The notes: generated from the sequence alone by a model not told the origin. Counted from the first letter of the stretch, positions 49,001-57,787 are shown. The stretch: 64,000 nucleotides of DNA from an uncultured bacterium (GCA_905215065.1 CAJMOF010000005.1:23589-87588), one strand, 5' to 3'. Numbers and translations are program-made.

Positions 49001-52000
49001 ATTGGTTATGCGGGCGATTATGGCTCGTCATTCAATGTTGCGGGCCTCGAAGTCGCCGGATCAATCGAAACTGGCGATTGCGCCGGCGGCAAGATTGCCC
49101 AAGTCGGTGGTCTTATCGGCTGCATCGCACAGAGTACCTACAATGCAGGGACAATAGCCAACTCAGCTGATAAGTACGTGAACATTTCGGGCCTTTCGTT
49201 CAATTCATTCGAAATGAAAGTCGGCAGGAACGGCGATAAGCTCAATGGCACGGGTGGTTTCTTGGGTTATAGCTGGGGCAACGCGGTCGTAACTATCGGA
49301 GATGAGAGCATTAACAAGAATGAAAACTCTTATGCTCTGAAAACGACCAACGCTTCTATAACCGCGACTGCGGATGATTCCAAGGAACTCGGTGGTCTTG
49401 TATACGCCGCGAGCGGCCACTGGATTATCAACAACTATGCCATCGATCTCTCGGGCACAACCATTAATGCGGGCGCCGCTCAGACGCTCGGCGTTCTAGT
49501 TTGCCGCGGCTGCAAGGTGGATGATAAGACGACATATGGCGTCGAGAGCTACCTAGGCCTGTACTTGGAGGACAGGGCTTATTGGGATACCGCCTATAGG
49601 GTGCCCACCGGCGAGGGGGCCATCGTTGCGTCGGGCGTAACGTCCTTCGATGAATGGGTTGGCAGCGGTGTAAAACCAAACAACGGCAGCAAGCTCATGG
49701 ACGCCGACTGGAACACGGTCGTTTCGCTACACACACAGAAAAACAAGCTGGACATGGACGGCGATTCCACAAAAGACAACAGCTACCATAATCGCTCGTC
49801 TTTCGGTCGAAGCCAGAATACGAACGGCAATACCCGCTACTTCTACAACCTCGACATAGTCTCTAAGAATTGTGAAGGCGGCTTTAGTGGCAGTCAAATC
49901 GATACAGCGGAAAAGCTGCTCTTATGGTCTGCTTACCGTTATGCTCCCGAAGGTATTCGTTCGACAATCGTTCCCAATGGCACGACAGGGCTCGATGATT
50001 CCATAACCATAACGGGTACAATCGATTTGGCCGGCTACAGCTATTATCCAACTCAGCCGAGCGGAGAGGTGACGGTTGAGAATGCGACCATTACCTTCTG
50101 TTACTCCAAGATCAAGGCCGAGCAGAATGGCAACAAGCTAAATTCCGATGCTACCCAGCACGAGAACATGCACTGCGGTCTTTTTCGAACGGTGGCAAAC
50201 GGCGATCTCACAGTAAAAAACGTCACTTTGCGTGGTACTGTTGGGCCCGTTATTAATGACGGAAAGAGCTCTGAAGACACTGATGGAGCAAGCGGAAGCT
50301 CTTCGGGCGCGCTCGTGTGCCGCTACGTGTATGGGTCCAGCGACGGCAATGGCACCAAGATTAGAAAGATCTCAATTGATGGTCTTACGCTCAACAATCT
50401 GATTGTCGACGGCGCCAACAGCGCCACGGATGCTAACGCCTATATGCCTCTGCTCATCAACGAGATGCAGAAGTACGTGAGCCTGAACGCGAAGAATATC
50501 AAGACTACTGGGTACACGAGTGACACCAAGGCGGCTACGTCGCTGTTCGGAAAGCTTGGTGTAGGCAGTGAGGCCGATCAGGTGACGGCAAAGTTTGAGC
50601 AAATCAGCTTGCCCAGCCAAAAGAACAAAACGATCTTCACCCATGCGAGCCTGCTGGAGAGTTTTGGCTACGGAAGCACGAGCACGGGCTCTGCGGACTA
50701 CACCTTTACTAAGGCCGATGCCGATGCCGATGCAGGCAAGGTGACATACGGATCTGAGATTGATGGGAGTACGGAGTACCCGGGCAAGCAGCTTTGGTAT
50801 TACGACGAAGCGACGTATGGTGCCGTGAGCGGCTATGTGACGGTTGATGGTAAGAAGGACGGTGACGTCAGGCCTTGGTTTGGTGGCTATCTTCCTTATG
50901 TTTATAAGGGAAAGGCCACCGAGAGCGGCGTCCAATATCATGAAATTAAAGTCAACCAGCGCATTCCAAAGCTGGTAGAGGGATGCGGCACATATGGCGA
51001 TCCGTATGCCGTTAAGGACGCGACTGAGATGAACGCCATCGCCAACTACATCAACAACCAAACTGCGCTCGACGGTTGGGAGGTCACCATTGCCGTCAAC
51101 CAGAGTACGCTCTGTACTCGCCGCAGCGACAATAAAACCGACAATGAGGTTACGTACGTCTATAAGCAGGCGAAAGACACTGGGAAGAAGTGGGAAAAGA
51201 AGACCGGCGACACCACTGATCCTTCGGCCACACTTTCCGACGAGATGATGCACCGCTATATCCAAAGCGCGTACTACAGTATTGAACCTACCGGGGGTAA
51301 TACGATCACCCTCGACGGCGCATCGTTTGGCGGTTTTGGCAACAAAGCCAACCCGTTCCGTGGCGTCATCGTTGGCAACCCTAAAGGTGATAAAAAGGCA
51401 ACCATCAAGATAGAGAATAACGAGGGTTCGCTTCGCGGCCTTATTCCCTATAGTTACGGCAGCGTGGTGCGAGATCTGAATATTCGCTATGTGAACGCGT
51501 CGGCGACTATTACTTATTCTGCCAAGGATGCCGACGGTGTTCCGACGTCGTTCTTCGGTGGCGTTATCGGCTGCATCCTTGGCGGCGATAACATTATCGA
51601 CGGTGTGGCCGTGAATGGGACAACGCCCGATAACTCCACAACCGGCTTTACGGTTGCTGGTGGCGGAACTAAGCCACATCTTGTTCCCATCGGCGGTTAC
51701 GTTGGTGCCATTGCGGGCGGCGGTGTGATCTTCCGCAATATGTCAGGGACGTCTTGGCGCGCTGGAACCAGCGACAAGTCTCAGGGTCTTGGAACGGGCA
51801 ACTTCCGGCAGTACGACAATCCCTACGTTGGTCGTGTGATTGATGGCTATGCCTTTAGCGAGGGCTGCAAAGTCGAAAACGGTAACGCTAACTACAAGAT
51901 CAACGAGCTCACAAACAAGGGAGCTGCCTGCGTCACTACCACGGGCACCGACAACAAGTATATCGGCACTGATGCCGAGGCACCCGTGACCACGGTGGAA

Positions 52001-55000
52001 AACGCCCAGGGCCTTTTGGTGCTCTCGGCCATCATTAGCTCGGGTGCGGGTGCTGGAGCGGCACATACTGACTACGCTAATTATGGCGTGTTCCGCGGCT
52101 CCAAGGCGTACTGGGGCAGCGATAAGCAGGACCCGGCGATAAACGGCTACCTGTTTGGCAACAAGGAATATGGTAAGGTGCGAAATGCCAGCTACGACTG
52201 CGTGGGCAAGCCTGCGAGCGCTTCCGGCGATTTCGAAACCGCCAAAAACGATGACCAGAAGGCCCCGGGCAAACAGGGGTGGCACGGCCCGCTCAACCAT
52301 GATGACGATGTAAATTCGCCCTACCTGGTGGCGTCCTACGCTGCCGACTACCAAACGGGCTACGTGTGCGCGTCGAAATCGATCGGCATGAGCCTGGAGT
52401 TCAAGGAAAATGCCACCTATGATATGACTGGCTACGGCACGGGATACGTGGGTCTCAGCGGCCGTTACTATTCCAATGCTTGCAGCTCGAACGAGGCGTC
52501 CACCGATCGCGACCGCATCACGCCGCACGTGGCAACGATCGACGGCAACGGGGCCACCATCACGGTGGGCACCAAAGATGCCACTTACGGCGTCGTCGAA
52601 TATGCCGATGACGACTATAAGGTCTCGGGCGTGGGCGGCCTATTCAGCACCGTGATGTTCACCTCAACCAATGTGGGGCAGAGCGTCACCGCGAATGACG
52701 GCGCTCAGGTCAAAGACCTCACCTTTAGTAACTGCAACGTATCGCTCACGTACAAAGACGCCAACGGTAGCATTGCCTCGGGACCGGCATCGAACGACCT
52801 CATCGGCACCGGCCTTTTGGCGGGCGCAACGGCCAACTACGACGGCAACACGCGTGGCGTCTACCGCAACGTACAGATGAAGAACTGCACCGTGTTGGGC
52901 GCAAAGAGCGTAGGAGGGCTTCTTGGCAGCTCGGGCCGTACCAGCCGAAGGACGGATAACGACGTGACCTATATGGTCAATTTCGGCTCCGGCACGCAGG
53001 CGCCCGCGAATCTCTGTGACTGCTCATACACTGGCCTTAGCGTCACGGGCGAGAAGTACGTTGGCGGCTATGTGGGTGCGATCGCCTCGCCGTGCGGAGT
53101 GTGGACAACCGCGGCCACAGGGGTATACGAGAAGACTATTGGCAAAAACTCGACCATAACCGCCACGGGTACAACACCCTACGTGGGCGGCGTGTTCGGT
53201 TATACCTCCAGTAACGTATCGGTGAACACCAAAATTGGCATCACGGAAGCCGTCGCATCGAGCACGGCAGTCATCTCTGGGGTAAATGTACTCGCCACCG
53301 GGTCGAACACCGATAAGTACATGGGCGCCGGCGGTGTGGTCGGAAGCGCCTATAGAGGCGTTATTTCTATAAGCAACGTGCGCATTGATGCCGGAGGCGA
53401 TGCCAAGAGCGCCATCATCGGCGATGCCACCGGAACGAACAATAGCATCCGTAATGCGGGCGGCTTGATTGGCGAGGTCACGAGCAGTGGCAGCCCCAAC
53501 ACGTACTGGTTTGAGGACTGTAGCGTCGAGAATATCAACATTGCCGGCACCGACCAATGCTCGGGCGGACTTATCGGCTACTACTTCAGCAATGTGAACA
53601 TAGCCTGCAACAATATCGCGATTGAGAGCGCCACGATCAAGGGCAGGTGGAGCGGCGGTCTACTTGGCGCGATTAACAGCGGTGCCGACGTCATCAACGT
53701 CACCAACACAAAGGTATCTAACACAACGTTTGGCGGAACCTCCAACGGCGGCATTGCGGGCGACGGACGCGGCCAGTTCCATCTGGTAAACGTGCTCATG
53801 GACAGCAATACCTACAAATTGGGCTCTAAGCAGGGCGTGCTCTTAGGCGAGGTTGACACAAACGGCTATAGCCTCTCCGCAGCGGGCGTGAACGTAAAGC
53901 TCGGCAACGGCAAGACCACGCGTGATCTGCCGCCGATGGTTTACACGACCAATGCGGCCGCCGTAAACATGAAGTCGTATATCGCGTTTGGTGACTATAA
54001 CGACACACTGGAAGCACCTGACAAGGGGATCACGCTCTACGGCGCGGACAATACCGCCACCACGGCAGCGAGCCCGTATGTGACCACGAGCCCCGTAAGC
54101 ACGCTGGCGGCGCGTGCCTCCGACAACGACACCACCGATCGCTACCTGTTTGGCGACGGCGCCACCATCGACACCGCGGCGACCGTCCAGAGCGAGGCAG
54201 GCACCGGTGTTGCCGATCGCTACACCTACACGAATATCGGCGGCATTAATGACAACGGCGCCTATCAAAATAAGTCGAGCTACGATGCCTCATCCGTGGC
54301 CAGTAAGTTCAATTCGAATAATGATACAAGCAGCAACCAAGCCACAGCGGATTTCCCCGTTTTGGTGATCTCTGGCAACGACAACACGACGGTCAAGAGC
54401 TATCTAAACATCGTCACGAACGGCGGCTTCTCCGATGCCTGCAGATTGAATAACGAGAATGGCACCAATCCGCACGTGACGGCCAAAGCAGAGGTTTTCC
54501 AACTCAAGGACGGTGTGTTCGTTAAAGACGGTGACGCGTCGAACAATCCCACGCTTCGCGTAGTGAACAATGGCAAGAACAATATGTCGTTTAGCCCAAG
54601 CTCCGATTGGGACAACGGCAAAGGTCGCTTTACGCTCCTGACCGTTACCTTTACCGAGGCGGGTCAGAGCTACAACGTTCAGGTGCCGATCATCGTTAAG
54701 CGCAAGCTCGAGATCGATTTCACTGCAACGTATGATTACGGCACTCAATTTAAAGAAAAAGACTACGCTAACCTTGGAAAAGATGCACACGTGCTTACGA
54801 GCTTTGGCGAGCCGATGACGGGTCTGCTTACCTGGACATACAATTCTGCCAATGGGAAGGAAGTCGACTTTGGCTGGGACAGCTATATGGCTGCTGGCGG
54901 CTCGATGAAGGGGCTCGGCAAGAGTATCCTCTTCAATGGTGCCGACGGAAGGTTGCCCCAGGGCACCCAGCTTACGCTCATCGATGCGAACGTTGATGGC

Positions 55001-56680
55001 AAGGCCGGTGGCAGAGAGTATCACTATACGGTGGGCGAAGGCGGAGCAACGAGCGTTTCCCTGAGCGGAAACGACGGCTTTAAGGATTCTGCGGGCAATC
55101 CATATCAGGAGCGATGGCTGAGCGAGATCTTGGGTGTGTCGGCCACGCAGGATGGCGCCGGCACATGGACCGTGTGTGATAACGAGGCAGAGGCGACCGC
55201 TAAAGCGAAACTCGATGGCAAGTGGACGCTGTTTAAGGTTGCGGGTGCTGACGTTCCCAGCAACAGTCGCTATACGCTAAAGGTGCCCAAGGAGAAGGAT
55301 ACCGGCAGAGAGAAGCGTGCATCGGAGAGCGTCTACCTAGTTGTCAACGTGCCCAAGTCGGGCGACGGCGTGACGCAAGCTAGTATCAACGGTTTTACGG
55401 CTTCGTCTATTGACTCGAATTCTTCGGGTGGCCGCATATCTTGGAATCTGCATCATGTTTTACGCACCGATGGCAGCGACGATATTCAAAACAGTACGGC
55501 ATCGACATACAGCATCTTGTCCAATTATGAGCAGAATGTAGTCGACAAAAAAGATGGGGCGTGCATTCCGGTTTCGAAGTCGGAGGACGGTGCCGCCTAC
55601 GTTCTTTCTCTCGATGTCATGGATACGGTTACGTTTAGCCCGAGCCAATACTATACAGAGAGCGACCATCTGTTCTATCAGCTCGATACATCGCTGTGTC
55701 GCTATGGCGCCAACAACAACCTAATGGGAGTAAGCAGTTTCCCGAGCGGAACTTCGGCAATTGCGAAGTTCTATGTTGCCATCGGCAATCAGAACTACAG
55801 GTGGAGCGGCAGCGATTGGGAGCCGTATGACGCTTCGACGCCTGCGTTTACACAGATTGTGACGGATACGGGTGATGACTCACTGAGGCTCACGCTCGAC
55901 CATGACCTTGCCGGAATCCGCAAGCGTGCAGCGGGCGGATCCTTTACCGTGCGTACGGTAGTGGAAGAGATTCGCCTTACGCCGGACGGCTGCAACAAGG
56001 TTATCTCCCTGTCCAAGCAGTCTGGCGAGGACGCCTGTACCAAGATGTCCTATACCGCCAAGCTTTCGACGCGTAAGGAAGGCCTTAATACCTCGAGCCT
56101 GACGCAGACGAAGCGCGGTAACGTCGGGTACTATCGCATGGACACGGGTGATACGACCATTACGCTTTCTGCGCCAGATAAGTCGCAGCTTGGCATTAAC
56201 GTGGACGACCTGCGTCCGATCGCGAATGGCACGATTGGTCTGGGTGCCACGTATGAACTGGGTGGACTCAGCAACGCCGCCGAGGCAATTGCGAACGCAG
56301 ACTCTGTTGTGTACACGCTCTCGCTTCAGCGCCGCGGAACCGACGGCACGTATGAGAGCGTAACGGATGATATCTCAAACTACGTAACAGTGACGGAGAG
56401 TAAGCTTGCCGCGGTCGCTCCCTCCGGTAGCACGATCACCTTCACTGACTCGAAGGAGAACGGCAAGTTCAAAACGAAGAACGGTAATACGACGCTTAGC
56501 CTGCCCTTTACCGTTAAGGTCAACACGCAGGTTGAACAGCGTGAGCAGTTCTACGCGAACTATCGCTTGGTGATGACAGCGAGCCTGGTTAAGGGTGACG
56601 TGGCGAGCGCAACGCCTCAATCGCCCGACTATGTGACCTATACGCTCACGAGGGTGAACCTCAACGGCATCGACCACTAG
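46010..56680 (+). CDS. Giant (3,556 aa) secreted beta-helix-repeat surface protein (GLUG-like GG[LVI][VIL]G repeats), no sortase signal
   Basis: N-terminal signal (KRIFAEFMTVVMVLQAC, lipobox-like LQAC). Asp/Ala/Gly-rich acidic tract. More than 25 GGxxG-type repeat units (AGGVVGLVG, SGGFIGKA, YGGLVGKV, VGGLIGCI, SGGLLGAI and others). Module starts of the type F.G.G...PF.G.I. About 750-aa non-repetitive beta-rich C-terminus ending ..VNLNGIDH with no LPXTG or TM segment. RBS AAGAGG. Confidence 0.85.
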   Translation: MRTAKRIFAEFMTVVMVLQACSPTVAAVAAGWQNISNEIAAASAKALDTAESGETNGDVTIGSGSSDAGADSDSAGDDAVKDDAAAGDTTDSATGSDSTGDQTEGDDAADDAAADDAEQDADDATSEDADAQAGATITDLNKLVELLEKNGAESIVRKDDESGIRSLDVKSSEAFAVLSNADASLYYDAQIKVIITGDAKLTESANNGMSFQGLGSDECPFEGRIYRDVDSPVELTTDRTVFNNLKLSDQNKTVRIKWVGATSYSAPMVASKVSGAENGEESKTLIASVDIVEPVNVDVKDATSALTAPLLGATTGDLAANVTYSLTDSRKNLNANATGNIGLIANTVESGSLTVESVTFPNDLTSGGAVKTSSGNAGLLVGEVKDGATLSIGTLANVPTATVQSTNGSAGGVVGLVGSSTGAMVNVAKALDLHALTVKGTTASGGFIGKATVLTLGADNKQIGCPLNIGDENSACSGGVIGDVSFAQGFAVTSNMFDLGDLVTLGASQRAGALFGMADISNGDIVVQGGTYKSKLALPEDVSVNGSYGGLVGKVFATKTDDDGALRAFVVEKDADNKNTCSIEFDLASKLSDAGGVVGYVGDSANPNSQPVAVVFNGVTVACKGDASARTGTGKFGGAVGVVDTRNVLDVRDFKLTSDNPIGKAQSNRAAGIAGSAWNAVIKFSGITDLSGASFAENATTGQLVYENHNALIFAAGNGSNGDLGDKGAAVWTFKRSNSASKTDDIATYGEVVRLGGDFIKLDVDTHKLTLPDSLTAANGAYALTTAEDFAKLAITWQTNGYYSMVDGVTENNLNGLQSSTITVNGTIDLKGTGLTGFTQDRADGSQVFSGTLNGGGTINLAVGEAYGKRGEDVLDGNNTSNGNGKIYRHGRLGLFAAVNGATISNVTIAGSMKFDNGSAIDAGSLACAIVGNLSLSGVTCKTNIACDDTFANDVNIGGIAGSVLAASTVAFKDNSKAQATIAATKTLNGNSRIGGAIGYAGDYGSSFNVAGLEVAGSIETGDCAGGKIAQVGGLIGCIAQSTYNAGTIANSADKYVNISGLSFNSFEMKVGRNGDKLNGTGGFLGYSWGNAVVTIGDESINKNENSYALKTTNASITATADDSKELGGLVYAASGHWIINNYAIDLSGTTINAGAAQTLGVLVCRGCKVDDKTTYGVESYLGLYLEDRAYWDTAYRVPTGEGAIVASGVTSFDEWVGSGVKPNNGSKLMDADWNTVVSLHTQKNKLDMDGDSTKDNSYHNRSSFGRSQNTNGNTRYFYNLDIVSKNCEGGFSGSQIDTAEKLLLWSAYRYAPEGIRSTIVPNGTTGLDDSITITGTIDLAGYSYYPTQPSGEVTVENATITFCYSKIKAEQNGNKLNSDATQHENMHCGLFRTVANGDLTVKNVTLRGTVGPVINDGKSSEDTDGASGSSSGALVCRYVYGSSDGNGTKIRKISIDGLTLNNLIVDGANSATDANAYMPLLINEMQKYVSLNAKNIKTTGYTSDTKAATSLFGKLGVGSEADQVTAKFEQISLPSQKNKTIFTHASLLESFGYGSTSTGSADYTFTKADADADAGKVTYGSEIDGSTEYPGKQLWYYDEATYGAVSGYVTVDGKKDGDVRPWFGGYLPYVYKGKATESGVQYHEIKVNQRIPKLVEGCGTYGDPYAVKDATEMNAIANYINNQTALDGWEVTIAVNQSTLCTRRSDNKTDNEVTYVYKQAKDTGKKWEKKTGDTTDPSATLSDEMMHRYIQSAYYSIEPTGGNTITLDGASFGGFGNKANPFRGVIVGNPKGDKKATIKIENNEGSLRGLIPYSYGSVVRDLNIRYVNASATITYSAKDADGVPTSFFGGVIGCILGGDNIIDGVAVNGTTPDNSTTGFTVAGGGTKPHLVPIGGYVGAIAGGGVIFRNMSGTSWRAGTSDKSQGLGTGNFRQYDNPYVGRVIDGYAFSEGCKVENGNANYKINELTNKGAACVTTTGTDNKYIGTDAEAPVTTVENAQGLLVLSAIISSGAGAGAAHTDYANYGVFRGSKAYWGSDKQDPAINGYLFGNKEYGKVRNASYDCVGKPASASGDFETAKNDDQKAPGKQGWHGPLNHDDDVNSPYLVASYAADYQTGYVCASKSIGMSLEFKENATYDMTGYGTGYVGLSGRYYSNACSSNEASTDRDRITPHVATIDGNGATITVGTKDATYGVVEYADDDYKVSGVGGLFSTVMFTSTNVGQSVTANDGAQVKDLTFSNCNVSLTYKDANGSIASGPASNDLIGTGLLAGATANYDGNTRGVYRNVQMKNCTVLGAKSVGGLLGSSGRTSRRTDNDVTYMVNFGSGTQAPANLCDCSYTGLSVTGEKYVGGYVGAIASPCGVWTTAATGVYEKTIGKNSTITATGTTPYVGGVFGYTSSNVSVNTKIGITEAVASSTAVISGVNVLATGSNTDKYMGAGGVVGSAYRGVISISNVRIDAGGDAKSAIIGDATGTNNSIRNAGGLIGEVTSSGSPNTYWFEDCSVENINIAGTDQCSGGLIGYYFSNVNIACNNIAIESATIKGRWSGGLLGAINSGADVINVTNTKVSNTTFGGTSNGGIAGDGRGQFHLVNVLMDSNTYKLGSKQGVLLGEVDTNGYSLSAAGVNVKLGNGKTTRDLPPMVYTTNAAAVNMKSYIAFGDYNDTLEAPDKGITLYGADNTATTAASPYVTTSPVSTLAARASDNDTTDRYLFGDGATIDTAATVQSEAGTGVADRYTYTNIGGINDNGAYQNKSSYDASSVASKFNSNNDTSSNQATADFPVLVISGNDNTTVKSYLNIVTNGGFSDACRLNNENGTNPHVTAKAEVFQLKDGVFVKDGDASNNPTLRVVNNGKNNMSFSPSSDWDNGKGRFTLLTVTFTEAGQSYNVQVPIIVKRKLEIDFTATYDYGTQFKEKDYANLGKDAHVLTSFGEPMTGLLTWTYNSANGKEVDFGWDSYMAAGGSMKGLGKSILFNGADGRLPQGTQLTLIDANVDGKAGGREYHYTVGEGGATSVSLSGNDGFKDSAGNPYQERWLSEILGVSATQDGAGTWTVCDNEAEATAKAKLDGKWTLFKVAGADVPSNSRYTLKVPKEKDTGREKRASESVYLVVNVPKSGDGVTQASINGFTASSIDSNSSGGRISWNLHHVLRTDGSDDIQNSTASTYSILSNYEQNVVDKKDGACIPVSKSEDGAAYVLSLDVMDTVTFSPSQYYTESDHLFYQLDTSLCRYGANNNLMGVSSFPSGTSAIAKFYVAIGNQNYRWSGSDWEPYDASTPAFTQIVTDTGDDSLRLTLDHDLAGIRKRAAGGSFTVRTVVEEIRLTPDGCNKVISLSKQSGEDACTKMSYTAKLSTRKEGLNTSSLTQTKRGNVGYYRMDTGDTTITLSAPDKSQLGINVDDLRPIANGTIGLGATYELGGLSNAAEAIANADSVVYTLSLQRRGTDGTYESVTDDISNYVTVTESKLAAVAPSGSTITFTDSKENGKFKTKNGNTTLSLPFTVKVNTQVEQREQFYANYRLVMTASLVKGDVASATPQSPDYVTYTLTRVNLNGIDH

Positions 56681-56702
56681 TCCCGAAGCCAACTGGCTTC
56701 GC

Positions 56703-56740
56703 AAAGGGGGCGGCAACCACCCGGTTGCCGCCCCTTTTCT
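56703..56740 (+). terminator. Strong rho-independent terminator of the giant gene
   Basis: GGGGGCGGCAACC ACCC GGTTGCCGCCCC followed by TTTT. Confidence 0.85.
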
Positions 56741-56769
56741 AGTCTGCGCGATCCCAGTCTTGGACTCCG

Positions 56770-56974
56770 CTGGACAGTTAGTTCAGATACGTATAATTCC
56801 AGACCGCAGCGGGCGCATCCGGCGCTCGTTTTGGGGAAGAAAGGGGCTCAAAACTAGGGTTCGGTAGCCATCTGGGCTCGATTTGCGTGCAATGAGTCGC
56901 CAAAGAACCCTCTCCGGGGACCATAGCGCACCTTTATCAGCATAGAAAAATACGTATCTGAACTAACTGTCCAG
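56770..56974. mobile_element. MITE-like element, family 1, copy D
   Basis: CTGGACAGTTAGTTCAGATACGTATAA ... AAATACGTATCTGAACTAACTGTCCAG. Confidence 0.8.
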
Positions 56975-57016
56975 CCGCCGTTGGAGAAAGGTGTTTTAGC
57001 TCTCCCGACCTCTCCA

Positions 57017-57102
57017 CCAAGCTTTCCAACTTTCCACTTAACTTAACACCTAAGGTGGAAAGCTGGGTAGAAAGCTGGAAAGTTAAGTGGAAAGCTGGAA
57101 AG
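57017..57102. repeat. Cluster of (T)GGAAAG(C/T)TGG motifs arranged as direct and inverted repeats
   Basis: CTTTCCAACTTTCCACTTAAC (57023-57043) against GTTAAGTGGAAAGCTGGAAAG (57082-57102). Extra GGAAAGCTGG copies lie near 57057 and 57070. Confidence 0.7.
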
Positions 57103-57382
57103 TACGCGGAAGACTGGCATGCTAGCTCACAGGCTAGGAGGGGTTAATAATTACGCAAGCTATACCGAGCCAAACAAAAAGATATCAATCTGGTTGGTAA
57201 AACACCCTCAATGAGCTGCGAGCTAACTAGCTGCGTAAATATAAGGTAAAGAAATGTCGCAAATAAATGGCAAATGCCCAGATGCCGCCGTTGCTATTTT
57301 CAATTAACTGCTACGCGCGAACAGCAAAATGCTACTATCTAACATGCACATAAGAAAGCAGATTAACGGTTAAGGCTAAGAA

Positions 57383-57787
57383 GTGGCAGGTATGTCGGAA
57401 GCAACAAGGACTCGCACGCATGCGCCCGAGGTTAGGCAGCGCGCCGTCGAGATCCTCCAAGAGGGGGTCGGTCATCGTGCCCTCGCCGCGGAGCTCGGCA
57501 TTCCCCAGGCCACGGCTCGTCAGTGGGCCCGCGCATATGCCGTGGGCGGTGCCGACGCCGTTCTCAACGCCGGTTCGCATCATCACACCTATTCGTACGA
57601 AGTTAAGCTCGCCGTGGTCAAGGACCGCTTGGAAAACGGCTTAACGGTTCGCGAGGCCATGATCAAGCACAAGATTCCCAGCGAGTCTTCGGTCAAGGCT
57701 TGGTGCCGTCAGTACCGCGAGAGCGGTGAGTCCGCACTGGTCGATAAGCCGCGCGGTCGCAAGCCGCGCGTTAAAAAGGCGGAATAG
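57383..57787 (+). CDS. IS3-family OrfA-like helix-turn-helix protein (orphan, no OrfB)
   Basis: HTH region (EVRQRAVEILQEGVGHRALAAELGIPQATARQWARAY) followed by a second HTH/leucine-zipper-like part, as in IS3 OrfA. Alternative ATG at 57392. No transposase catalytic ORF follows. Confidence 0.6.
   Translation: MAGMSEATRTRTHAPEVRQRAVEILQEGVGHRALAAELGIPQATARQWARAYAVGGADAVLNAGSHHHTYSYEVKLAVVKDRLENGLTVREAMIKHKIPSESSVKAWCRQYRESGESALVDKPRGRKPRVKKAE

Noticed and set aside
50159-50173. HENMH (HExxH zinc-metalloprotease pattern) inside the giant protein.
   Set aside because: It sits directly before a regular repeat unit (..CGLFRTVANGDLTVKNVTL..). It has no downstream third ligand or Met-turn context that I can recognise. 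A single HExxH in 3,556 aa is expected by chance.
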